In this document: one piece after another, positions 13,561-25,293 of the stretch
How positions within the stretch are numbered: the stretch's first letter is position 1
Layout of the letters: every line of letters begins with the position of its first letter
NCBI GenBank assembly: GCA_051294375.1
Contig: CM119266.1
Coordinates: 21,403,987 to 21,467,986 of the forward strand
Source of the DNA: Paraspadella gotoi
Taxonomy: Eukaryota; Animalia; Chaetognatha
DNA: 64,000 nucleotides
Direction: 5' to 3'
Made by a program: the position numbers and the translations under genes
The notes under the pieces: model-generated
Database searches by the model: none
What the model was told of the DNA's origin: nothing
What the model saw: only the letters and a program-made list of their open reading frames with translations

Positions 13561-15074
13561 AATAAATAGAATAGATATGAATAAATGATTTAATATAATA
13601 TTCATGGGAATAGAATTAAGCTATTAATTATCTTTTGTTTGAAAATAAAAAAGGATATAAGATTGATGAATGATGTATTAAGAAAAAGATTAACTAAAAA
13701 TATATGCCTTTTGTACTTAAACTTATTAGATAAAAAAACTCAATATATAAGGACAGAAACAAGAAATATCTGTGTGCTCTTTTTGTGAATAAAAATATTA
13801 TTTATCTATATAGTAATTACCAGTATGGCAAAGACTGATAAACGCTTCTTTTAATTAGGCAAATTCTAAATTTGAAAAAAAGAAACAATCCTTTTTAGAA
13901 CAACAGAAAGGTTATAATTTTGGCCAAATCTAACATATTATAGATTTAATCGCTATAAAAAAAACATATACAAAGAAGTGCAGAAGAGCCGACGCGCAAG
14001 TTTGTTTTGCTTGCTGCACAGGCAATTCGCCTTCCCTTCGCTCCCGAATTTTTGACTCACTAGTCCAAGTTCGACGCCACGGTCAAAAAACATTGCGCCT
14101 CCTGCGCGTTTTCAACTCCAGCGAGCATCCGGCATCGCGCTCTCTTAGACATCTAACATGAGACACTACTTTTCGTTTTTTACAGGTCACCTTTTGAAAA
14201 TAAAGAGAAAATACCTATTGGCTTTAAGAATCGATCTCAAGAACGCCACAGAATTCAAAGGCAGAGAGAGATAAAGAAAATATGGCAGATAGATGAATGT
14301 ATTTTCAGCTGCAAGTATGTATATAGAGTCAACGTAATGTTCGTAACAGTTTTATAGGATATCTCATTTTGGGTATGCCCAGCCTTTGAGGCGAGACAGT
14401 ATAGTTCTCTTTGAAAAAGATGAAAAGCAGTAAGTACTAATACATTTGAAATAATATATTGTACACAACTAAATTAGCTATATTTAGTTCACTTTCAAAT
14501 AATTTTCATTATTGATGTGCAATTAAAAGAGGACAATAAATACCAATTGACTATTAACTACATAATCATAATATTAGGAAGCATCTTCGAAAACTCCAAA
14601 ATTTTGTATCTAATATTTTTAATTTCCATAAAATTCAGTTCCTTGTTATTTTGATGCTAGTGGCTGGAGTACAAGATAATATTCCCCGATCTAAGTACTT
14701 AAGGGGAGTGGTCTTTTCATTACAATTTGAAACATTCTTTGAAACGGTATGTATACCTACTTTCATTGATGAGGAAGCCCTAGGTTCATTGGGAGTCGAA
14801 TAAACAAGACTGTGAAAGAAGTCTTTGAATGAAAGCTTTGCAGTAAACCTGCAATGTTATTATCTGTAGAGTGTGATGGACGCCGTTAAACGCACGCAAA
14901 GCCTGTCGCAAAGTCAGGGACAAGATAGCTTATTTATTTTTATATTTGTTGTACCAATTTTTCATCTCAATAATTGTATATAGCCCAAACCTAAGCCTCA
15001 GAAGAAAGTAACGTATTACGTTAAACAACTGCTCTGTGGATTGAATGAAATGATGGTATTGATAGTATAATGCA

Positions 15075-15443
15075 TGATGGGTGCGGAGAGAGAAAATTGG
15101 CGGGCCCTTTTCCCCGCCAGCTGGGCGCGGCGCCTGGGCGGGGCCCTCCCTGCTCTCCATATTTTAGTTTTTTATGTTTTCGATTACGCGACGTTTCTGC
15201 ACTAGTGCTCAACTTCTGCCCTCGCTCCTTCTTTTTTCCTTGTTCTTTTTTCTCTTCTTTTGCTTTTTCTTAACCTTATTTTTCTTCTTTTTTTTCTTTT
15301 CTTCTTTATTTGCTTCTTCTTTTTTTCTTTTTCTTCTGTTATTTCCTCTTAGCTTTCTCTCTTCTCAGCCATCCGGCCCCCGCTGGGGCCCGGGCCCTCC
15401 GCCTGAGGCGAAATAAAACCCTGCTTGCTCTCGCCGGCCCCTG
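15075..15443. mobile_element. Degenerate MITE-like non-autonomous DNA element
   Basis: GC-rich ends around a T-rich core. The right end reverse-complements to CAGGGGCCGGCGAGAG, which resembles the left end ATGGGTGCGGAGAGAG; GGGCCC motifs lie in both subterminal regions. No TSD confirmed. Confidence 0.4.
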
Positions 15444-16668
15444 CTGTAATAAATATTTTACTTAGTATGAATACGATTGCGAAACAGCAATTATTATTGA
15501 TTCTTTTTTGTGAGACAATAGACGAATTCTGAAATCTAAAAATAATAACTAAAGTTTCATGAGTTAAGAATTAATATCGAACTTTACAAATTCTTGATAC
15601 GTTATTAGGCACAACTTTCTCTTTATTATCAAAATCACTAAATAACTATGTTTTGAAGATTAATATTTACATGTACCATAGCGACACTAATAGCTTTATT
15701 TCAAATGAAATTTTTCAGAGTGGTCGGCGAAATACTACGAAAGGAAGTTTAAGTCGTCTCTATGCTTTTAGCAGATATTTTCGCAATACAGCGTGACTTT
15801 GATGGTATAGAAACAAAAAAACCGAAAAAATGGTTTTGCGTAAGAGAAACGTAAAAAGAAAAGACTCTGATATTAATAAAGCTTTATCAATGTTGATTGG
15901 CAATCACAAATGACCAAGGGACACAGGTTAGGTCTGCTACATGTTTTCAATTTTCGATTAGTTAAATCGAATACAAAACGAAACATGGTGATACAAAACT
16001 TGTAACTTAACATTACTAAATTGTTAAATTGTAACTTCTCACTACGTATTTTATTTTGTATTTATTTTTAGTTTCGGATCTGGCGCGCTTATGCTGCAGT
16101 CCGGCGCGACTCTATAAAGCTCACTTTTTCGAGTCCCGTGCGGTCCGCCGCCTCAATATTGTCGGAGGCACGCGACAGCGCTTAATATCATGTCAGAACA
16201 TATCGAATTATGATAAATTATGGCAAAATTTGGCTGAAAATCCATTCTCCTCACTCTGGCCATTTCTTATCTTCTCTGCCTTTGAATTCTGTAGGCTTGA
16301 GATGATCTTAAACCAAATGGTTTTTCTCTTTTATTTTCAAAGGTGACCTTAAGAGTCTTATCCCATTCAGTGCTCAAATTTCCTTCATTTCTATTTACTG
16401 TTTTAAGTTTATTCTTTTTAATGTGAATACTTTCTAAGGACAGTCTTTTTAATTTGTTATTTTCTTGTTCTAATATTTTACATTCATCCCAAATAACCCC
16501 TGGGTCAGGAAATTGACAGATATTAGTGAATCAAAAAGATGTTCTAAAATAGCAGAATCTTTTATTTTATTTTTAATTTTGATTTTAATGTATAATCACA
16601 ATAAAATAATTAATAAAACATCGACCTAATTCTTTTTTTATCTTTTCCTTTTTATTATGCAATATTGC

Positions 16669-17254
16669 TGTAGTTGGGCATAGCAAAGTTCACCCCACCT
16701 CTAAGCATGACACCTTCAGTCGTGACCTGGTGGCTCATTGAGTAAAGCCATCAGCTCATGACCATTAGGTACCGGGTTCAATCCTAACCCGGTACCTACC
16801 CTGCGGGAAGTGTGAGGACGGCTGTAAGCCGCCTTGGGGGCGTGGAAAACCCTCAAGCCTGGTTCCAAGCCCAGGACCCGTTTCCATGGCTGCTAGAGGG
16901 GGTTATAGAAGTTATGGACAGTCATCTGCAGCACACTTAGCGCCTTTTCCACACTGGTGAGCCCATCCTGTCGAGCATATTCCAACCTTCTGATTCCAGG
17001 CCCATGGACGTGCTGAAGATTGCTCCCCTCCCTCCACTGGAAGCAGTGCAGGGTGGGTTACAATCTGGGGGGCATGTAGTCGGGCATAGCAAAGTTCACC
17101 CCGCCTCTAAGCATGATACCTTCAGTCGTGACCCGGTGGCTCATTGAGTAAAGCCATCAGCTCATGACCACTAGGTACCGGGTTCAATCCCAACCCGGTA
17201 CCTACCCTGCGGGAAGTGTGAGGACTGCCGTAAGCCGCCTTGGGGGCGTGGAAA
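16669..17254 (+). mobile_element. Non-autonomous retroelement-like unit of 406-bp period (1.44 copies; 180-bp direct repeats at 16669-16848 and 17075-17254) with a tRNA-like Pol III module
   Basis: Near-identical direct repeats. A-box TGGCTCATTGAG (16731) and B-box GGTTCAATCC (16775) are present in both repeats. A related inverted copy lies at 21914-22107. Confidence 0.8.
16821..16904 (+). ncRNA. Candidate twister-like ribozyme fold (non-canonical P2/L1)
   Basis: TAA-GCC-GC-[P3 CTTGGGGG/CCCTCAAG]-[P4 CCTGG-TTCCAAGC-CCAGG]...GGCT-GCTA-GAGGG. The L4 loop, the T2 GC pairing and GAGGG match twister ribozymes, but extra bases separate P2 from GAGGG. Confidence 0.4.
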
Positions 17255-20238
17255 GTAGAATCATTGTTAAAAACATTTTTTTTGTTTTTTTAAATCTCAA
17301 ACATAACATTACATAGTAAAAGACTTTAAAAAGTAAAAACAAGTCTAATTAAAATTTCACTTATTATTTGTAAACAAAAAAAAACATAACTAAAAAAACT
17401 ATTTTTATATGTAATAACAAATGTAAAATTTGTAAAGGAAGGAAGCGATGTGCACTCGAAACCGAAAGCGATCCGGGCTAAAAAAAGTAAGGATTGCACT
17501 CGAAATCGGAAGCGGGAGGGGTCTTGGGAATCGCGGCATTGGCAGCGGTGAAAAATTGATCGCTTCCACATCTCTGATTATGTTACTTCCAGAAATAATT
17601 TGTTTTCTTTTATATTATTGACATGAAAAGACCAAATCAAACTATAAATCTTTTGCCAAAATCATGACTCTGAAACAAATAATTTATCATTACGGTAGTT
17701 ACAAGAGCAATGACAAGAGAGGCCTTGTTATAAAACAACCTACTCGTTTATTGATTTAATAAATAATTTTAGGTTTTGGTTGTCAGAATTTTAAAATAGT
17801 TAATTTTTTTTTTAATTTATATTTTTTTAGATACAAATCATTTGTTTCTTTTTGCTGCCGAAAAAGTCCGCTAAAAGAAATAGTCGCATCGTTTTGTATG
17901 TTGTCTTTTGTTTTTCACTTTATTTCATTAGAATCAGAATTTAGAATTTAAATTCAGAATAACAACGAATGACGACGGACGATAACGATATCCATATTAT
18001 CCATAAGCTGATTACTGAAAATTATGATGGGTAAAAAATGAAAAATTATTAAACGTTTTTAGTTTAACATGTGCAAGTTTATACGAAACGTTCCACCTTC
18101 ATTAATTAATGTAGTGATAAGACATGGCGTTATTATGTACAGATTTAAAAAATATGTTGATCGTTTCTCAATAATAGATACGCTACTAATTGTATAATCG
18201 TTTTTTACTTTCGTAGGAAAGATTTTAGATTTGTATTTAAGATAAATTAATCAATGTCCGAAATCAGCCGATTAAACATCTAAAAATGCCAGTAGAGCTT
18301 TTAGTCCGAGGAATAATTTTGAATTAAAGCCCTGAAAAGTTTGGAATCGATAAATCACAAAGAATAACACGAAAGAAATTTATTATTAACCAGTAACCAC
18401 GCAATCCTATGCAAATCAAAATCGAAAACACGTTTCCCCAATTCAAATGTTTACCGGAGCGCGTGATGACTAATTCATTTTATCAAAGACTAATTTAACT
18501 AATAGTGAAAACTGACTAAAATACAGAAGATGTGTTTTTGCGAATTAACCTTCATTTGAAGGATTCTTTAGACTTTATTTTCGTTAAATGTTTCTGGATA
18601 AATTATTGGGGCAATCGAAAAAAGAATAGCTTTATCATTTATTCTCTGACCTACATATTCTGTATAAATAATTCTGTTTTTTACTACATAGAAGCTCCAA
18701 GGCTATAAGAATAGGAAAAGGGACAAGGAAAATACATTCCTTCTTAAAATAAAACCACAGATGATGGTTTACGTGAATAAGGTTTGTTTGCCAAGCGAAG
18801 AGAGAGGCGATAAAAAAAATCGATCAACCCGCGCGTGAATTCGGCATGCCCTTCTCTATAGCGTCAATTAACAATAAAAGCGAAGTGGCGATTGTTCTTT
18901 TCTGCTCTAAAAAAGTTTTTTTTTTATTTGGAATCGTGTTCTAAATTATTCCCATGTGTGTGCGGTTAGTCTGTTCGTGAATAAGATTATTTTTCCGAGT
19001 CACAAAAATACTTTTAATCTGTTCCTCTTTGCTCTCCGAGTCGACAGTCCTATAAAACGATGGATTGATTAGAGAAAGACTATTTTTCAAAACAAGGATA
19101 TTCGCGACTTGATTTAAAAAGAATCACTTAATTGTGTTCACGTCATTCAAATCTATTCATTTTTGATATAAAAAAAAAGGAATAAATCTATCACACATCC
19201 ACCACAAATTTCAAGAACCGATTAAACTGAAAAAATTAACAAAGAGATTATATGAATCATTTGATTTCTAAAACATAATACTTTCTTTCTTCTTCTCCCG
19301 ATCCTTGGCTTCAGATTCGAGTCAGCATATTCCTTTCTACAGTGTGTGCCCAATGGTACTGTCGGTTAACTTTTACATATTGTGCGGAACTGTTGTATTT
19401 AAATGTTATTTCTGAGATATCAAGGTCAAGGATAAGTTTTTACCGGTTTATAATAAAATATTTTGAATTCAATTTTTATCAATTTTCTTTTGCAAAACAT
19501 TCAATTTAAATGAGTCCTCATTTCTCAATTTTTTATTTTTAGATAATTTTTTTATTTTAAAATAAATTTTATAAAAAATTACTTAAAAAATATTTTAAAT
19601 AGATATAAATTATTTAAATTTTAATTTGTATAAAATAAGTGCATTAATAAAAAGAAATAAACAAATATTTAAAAAAATGTAAAAATTGATAAAATTACGC
19701 CAATTAATTGGATATTTAAATTCTATTATTTGATTCAATAATTTATTTTATTAAATCAATTCAAAAGTAATATTGAACAAGGTAAGTAGATAATTTTAAA
19801 AAATAATGATTACAGCATTATAAAAGCTCTGGAGCTAAATATATGAGGTATTTTTTACTGTCCTGCATCTAAAAGATTTAAAACATTATTTTATCAATAA
19901 TATTAAAAATATTTGATAAAAATTAAAAAATATATAATTTAAGAATTTTTTTAAAAAATCACTGAATAAAAATGTTTATCAATTGCTTTTAGTAATAACT
20001 ACAAGAGTGTGCTTTGTTCAATTTTTAAAATTTAGGTATCCTATAAAATGGTCCATGCTTGTGCGCATATTCATTATAATGAATTAAAGTTTTTCGATCT
20101 GGTATAGGAGCAGTAAGCTTTTCTTAACAGACAATCGTTCTCAGATCTCGGAAAGAATTTTTGTTCTTTCCCTCAAAATTCTCGAGAAACTAGGATAATC
20201 GGACGAACTTCGTTCGACTGTTCGGCGACGATGGAACA

Positions 20239-22601
20239 ATGAAGGCGATCGTCGCCAAACCTTCGATCGCTCATCTGAATCTGTCCCTCATCGATTCCGC
20301 TAATTCGAGAAACTTTCTCCTTCTCGTCTTCTTCTTCTTCGTCTTCTCCTTCAGCGTTTACAACTTCGGCCCGCGAAGACAATCTCAGTCGGACCCAATC
20401 AGACCGATCGGGTACGCGGGCGGTTCGAGGATTAAAGAGGAAAGGCGCGGGACTGTAAACGCGTCGACAATCGTGGCGAAGAAGAGTCACTCGACCGTGA
20501 ACGCCCTCTTTCGTCAAAAAAACGCTTCAGTGGTCGCCGTCTCACCGAGAAAATCAACTTTGAAGACGAAAAACTCGATGAAACCTCGTAAATTTTCCAC
20601 AAATCCTAAAAACGTAGAGAATACCCAACGACGGAAGGGCTCTCTACCAACGGCCAATGTTTTCTTGGCAACGCAGACGCCGCGAAGCGTTTGCCCGCGA
20701 GTGGCGGCGCGGCGTAATGCCTCCGACTATTTCCGGTCACGTTTTAGGCCGGACGTCGCGACGATGTTAATCAGAAATGACATTTTGGACGAAAATAAAT
20801 TTCAGGTGAATGTAGTAAATCCCATTTTATTGAGGCAATGTTGACTATTTTAAGTTTTACATTACCATTTTACATTTCATTACTATTTTACGTTTTACAT
20901 TACCATTTTACATTTCATTACTATTTTACATTAGTTTATATCTCGTTACATCTCGTTACATTAGACATTAGTTGATTAACTCACCATTTTAAACCCCCAT
21001 TTACCCTTTCCAGAACCTCTCCCGTCTCCCCGCCCCCTTCGGCCTTAAATACCCGGGCAAAGAGCAGGAGCTTCGCTTCCTCGCTTCCTTTCCATCTTTC
21101 CCTACGCAACGCTTCCTACCTTTGCCGCCCGCTTTCTCCGGCTGCTTCTCCTGCGCCGTCGTCGGCGGCGGCGGCGTCCTTCGCGGCGCCAAGCTCGGCG
21201 CACGGATCGACGCCCACGACGCCGTCTTTCGCGTCAACGTTGCCCGGCGTCGCGGCTTCGAGGTAGACGTCGGCAAACGAATGAACGTTTACGTCTCGTA
21301 TCCTTATTCGTTTGAGAAGTTCGTCGCCGCCGATCCGGAAGCGTTCGACAGCGACGCCGGGAATCTGCAGAAGGTGTTGAGCCGATCGGGGGAAAAAAGG
21401 GAAAAGTGTTTGTAAACGGGGCGAGGAGATTGTTTAAATTGATCGGGATAGGCTACTAACTCTTCACAATGTTCTTTGACTGATCAGGAGAGTAAACGTC
21501 ACTCATTTCAAAGAACTGCACTGTGTGCGGTGTGTAAGCTGCATAATTTAAACTTACCTAGATCTTATAAAATATAAGCTAAATAAACCTATGCGAGAAA
21601 AAATGTTCGTTATAGACTTTTAGTCTAGAACTTCAATTTGAATCTAATATTTTTCGCCCTTGTCTCTAAGGTTTTCGCCTTTTACGACCCCTACCACGCC
21701 GATCGTTACTTGTCATTTTTCGATCCCAAGAAGAAACACTGGAACACAGCGGATCGATCAGGTTTTCGAAACGTGAGAAACTTTTGGAAACCTGGTTCCA
21801 TTCATTTTATTCATCCCGACTTTTTTCGCTACGTCGACGCCGCCTTCTTGCGTCACAATGGGTAGGAAGTCGTTATATCATTCAATTTTGCTAGTGTAAT
21901 TATGTTTATGTACGTGTGGATAAGGCGCTAAGTGGGGCTGAAGAGTACTATCCGCAACTTCTTTAACCCCCTCGAGCAGCCATGGAACGGGTCCTGGGCT
22001 TGGAAGGGTTTTCCACGCCCCCAAGGCGGCTTACGGCCGTCCTCACACTTTCCGCAGGTGTCATGCTTATAGGCGGGGTTAACTTAACTTAATGCTCGAC
22101 TGTACATATGTCTCAAATCTTATGAATGGTTAAATAAAGCGCTTACTGAGCTTCGGAGCTTCGGAGCTTCGGGTCAGGCTGTAGCACCCTGTTGCAGGCG
22201 GAATAAGCGCCCAGTCCCTCTTAACTCCGTATCCTTATGAGGGGTGGCGAATGACTTGCCGTAATTGTAACGAAAAAAAACAAATCAACAAGAAACATAC
22301 TTACTCTGTCATATCAGCTCGTTTCTTAAATAATCAATTTCTATTTTTAAAAAATGTATCTCATTCTTTTATGTCATATTAAATGAGGTGGAAGCCGACA
22401 ACTGGGTTCGTGACTGTGATGCTCGCTCTCCATCTTTGCGACGAAGTCAGTCTCTTCGGTTTCAGCTACGGCGACAGTCCACTCCTTCACTATTATTCGG
22501 TGGAGAAAAATGTGAAGAAATTGACTCATCACAAGATCGAAGTTGAATACGAGGTTTACAAGACGCTCAACCAGAAGGGAATTATCAAGTGGGTGCGATG
22601 A
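20239..22601 (+). CDS. Sialyltransferase, glycosyltransferase family 29 (ST3Gal/ST6GalNAc-like); exons 20239-20805, 21014-21373, 21671-21861, 22388-22601; ~443 aa type II membrane protein
   Basis: N-terminal TM anchor FLLLVFFFFVFSFSVY and a basic stem. Sialylmotif L CFSCAVVGGGGVLRGAKLGARIDAHDAVFRVNVARRRGFEVDVGKR, motif S PTTGFVTVMLALHLCDEVSLFGF, motif III HYY, VS HKIEVE. Three GT-AG introns with consistent phases (0,0,2) give 1332 nt ending in TGA. Confidence 0.95.
20843..20935. repeat. Intronic tandem repeat, ~37 bp period
   Basis: ACTATTTTA.GTTTTACATTACCATTTTACATTTCATT repeated ~2.4 times in sialyltransferase intron 1. Confidence 0.75.
21914..22107 (-). mobile_element. Antisense intronic copy of the 16669-17254 element lacking the tRNA-like module
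   Basis: The reverse complement reads ...CCCCGCCTATAAGCATGACACC|TGCGGAAAGTGTGAGGACGGCCGTAAGCCGCCTTGGGGGCGTGGAAAACCC...TTCCAAGCCCAGGACCCGTTCCATGGCTGCTCGAGGGGGTT..., collinear with 16669-16955. Confidence 0.85.
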
Positions 22602-23662
22602 ACGATGAACGTTTGAGACTTTTACTTTTTTGTTAGATGTCAACTAAACCTAAATAAAATCCTCCGTTTCCTCATAATGGTAGAACCAGTCTATTCTAAG
22701 TATGTTTAATAACATATAAACGATAAAGATATACAAAGATTCTTTGTTGAATTTTAATCCAGTATTTGATAATGTTTCTTTCCGGATACTTTCTGTCGTA
22801 ATAAATATTTTTTTTTCTGAATTTGGTTGCTATTACTCTACCCTTATTACTCATTAGTAAAGTTGTAAACGGAAATATGGTACGTATCCCCTTGCCTTCA
22901 AAGTTAATCTGCCAACGAGCCAAAGTTGGGACCGAATAATAAATGAAAAGGGATAAAAATAGATTACATTGTGTCGATGTCGATGTAAGGTCGAAGAAGA
23001 TGATGAGCTTAAAATAACTATTGATAGACGAGATAAGCATAGTTCTTCTTTTTGCAATGCCTCTTTAGACAGAGACAAAAGGCTGAGCGGCAGAAGGGGT
23101 AAGATGATGAGTGATGAAAACGAGGAGATTGCCTGACGCATAAATCACGAATTAACCGACGTAAAGCGAAAATTCTCTGCTTTTCTCATCGTCGAAGTAA
23201 GTCAATTTGAAATGTTAACGCTTTATTTACAACCTTTTTTAGATTAACTACTACTCGGAATTTCTCGCCGTTTTTCTCACGGTTGTCGTTAGCTACGCCC
23301 TGTAATGATATTTAAAAAAAAAGTTTCCCCGAGTTTAAATATTTTGTTTTTCCCTGAAGCCATTTTTTTTCTTTTTCAGAAAAGATGGTTGATGGCAAAA
23401 CTGTTCCGGTTCATACAAAGCGAGGGATTTATGAATCTTGTTTATCTCTACTTTTTTTTTCTCCTTTTCTTTTTCTTGGCCTAATTCGTCTGCCTATCCG
23501 ACGTTTTTTTAAATCCTTATTTGGTTTCCGCTTTCAATTTAATGATTGCATTTACTTCTTTCTTTGATTCCCAGTCACATGCTGATGTTAGAGATAGATA
23601 GATACAAAATGAGATTGAATTCATTAATCTTATTAGCGTATAGTAGTAAAGGTAAAATTTTA

Positions 23663-23850
23663 TTTTCACCGACCGGGGTTTTGGCGTTTTGAAAAACTTT
23701 TAAAAAATAGTTATTTAAACAAAAAAATTTTAAAAAATTATTACTTAATTATCTTATCCCTTAATCCTTTTAACCTCCCCTTACTCTAAACAACCCCTAA
23801 TCCACCCTTAAACCAAAATCCCCTTTACCCCGGACCGCGAAAGTAAGTAG
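23663..23850. repeat. Short element with degenerate CCCTAA-like tract bounded by imperfect inverted repeats
   Basis: TTTCACCGACCGGGG (~23664) and CCCCGGACCGCGAAA (~23828) flank CCCTTAA/CCTAA/TTAACC units. Confidence 0.45.
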
Positions 23851-24427
23851 CTTAATTAATTGGTTTTGTATTCTTCTGAATTCTGATAGAATAATTATGA
23901 CATTGGTGACGCGCTTATACTGACGGCTTATTTCCGTGTACACCTCTTCCTTTCCTCAACAACCCCTTCATATATCCCCCCCGTTCTAACCCCCTCTTCT
24001 CTGGCTCCCGCCGGCGGAGCTGTAATCATTAATGGTTATATTTTTTGCGCTGGGAATTCTTTGTTTTTTCTCCGGTCATTGATTTTATTTCTTTTCATTT
24101 GTCATATTTTTATGAGCGCAAAAAAAAAGTAGAAATTTCTCGGATGTAATGAAAATGAATAGAAAACAAAAGACGAGCGGCGCGCGATGCATCTTTCCGC
24201 GTCGCGTTCCTCGTTTTTCATGGAATGAACTCGAATGAAGGTTTTTGTTCTGTTACGAATTCAATTGCCATCTGATTTATTAATTCATAACTTTTGAATT
24301 TAAAAGCTCGAATCGAAAACGAGTCAAAAACCAAAACCAGAAATTCATATTTTTTTTTGTTTCTTCTCTAAAAAAATCCATTCAATTTCGTTACTTGTCA
24401 TGGTTTTGAAATCTTTCTCTTTCACTT

Positions 24428-24504
<77 letters not shown>

Positions 24505-24623
24505 CCTTTTCCCCTTCATTGCTTCTCTTTTTTCATCTGATCAAACCTTGACGTAGCCCGTCGACGGAACCGTCACAAGTTTTTCGTCTCCGCCTTTAAT
24601 AAAAATGTAATGAGTTTGAAGTG

Positions 24624-24655
<32 letters not shown>

Positions 24656-25293
24656 GTCCACAATGTAGCTGGTTCTCCCATCTCCTACTCTTCCGTTTCC
24701 CTTTTGTTCCGCAACACTCGCCACGGCGTTCGAGCGCCTTATTTGTCCCTTCGTCGGAATAACGATGGAATGAGAAAAGAATTAAACGGAAAGGAAAGAA
24801 ATCTTTGGCGGGAAAAGCGAAGCGATTGTGGCGTTAATTCCTGCGTCGTTAATTGGTTTCCGGAGACCCATTGTTTTTTTTTTGTTTTTTTTTTTATGTT
24901 TTTTTATTTAACCGGAAGCGTCAAGCGGAAACATTGGCTTTTTTCACTCTTTGTTTTTATTAATTTTAAACTTAAAAAAAAAGATTTAAAGGCAGACCGA
25001 AAAAATATATCGCGGGGATCCTAGCTGCTAACCCGAGGGCGGTCTCTCTAATATTTTGGTCTCAAAAAATTTCGGGGAAAAAAGAATCGAAAATGAACTT
25101 AAATCTCGGAGGAAAAAAAAGTAAATTATTGATTTTTCTAACTTAATGCTTTTTAAACTTATCGCATTTTTATAGTTTTTTGCCTACTCCTATAAATATA
25201 AATGTTTAATCATTTTTACATTATTTTTCGTTTTTCGGATAAATGTTGATAATGTAGTGATATAATATCACGATACGACTGTTTCTTCCAACA

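Larger units (their letters stand above)
9580..16070. repeat. Large inverted duplication: 9580-10058 mirrors 15598-16070 and 10069-10367 mirrors 14540-14850
   Basis: For example TACGTAGTG..AGTTACAATTTAACAATTTA (9602) is the reverse complement of ~16015-16050, and TATTCGCCGACCACTCTGAAAAATTTCATTTGAAATAAAGCTATTAGTG (9918) is the reverse complement of ~15685-15735. Confidence 0.85.

Noticed and set aside
16722-16796. Possible tRNA-Met gene (CTCATGA loop with A and B boxes)
   Set aside because: The anticodon stem does not pair and the sequence is embedded in a repeated element, so it is treated as a tRNA-derived module.
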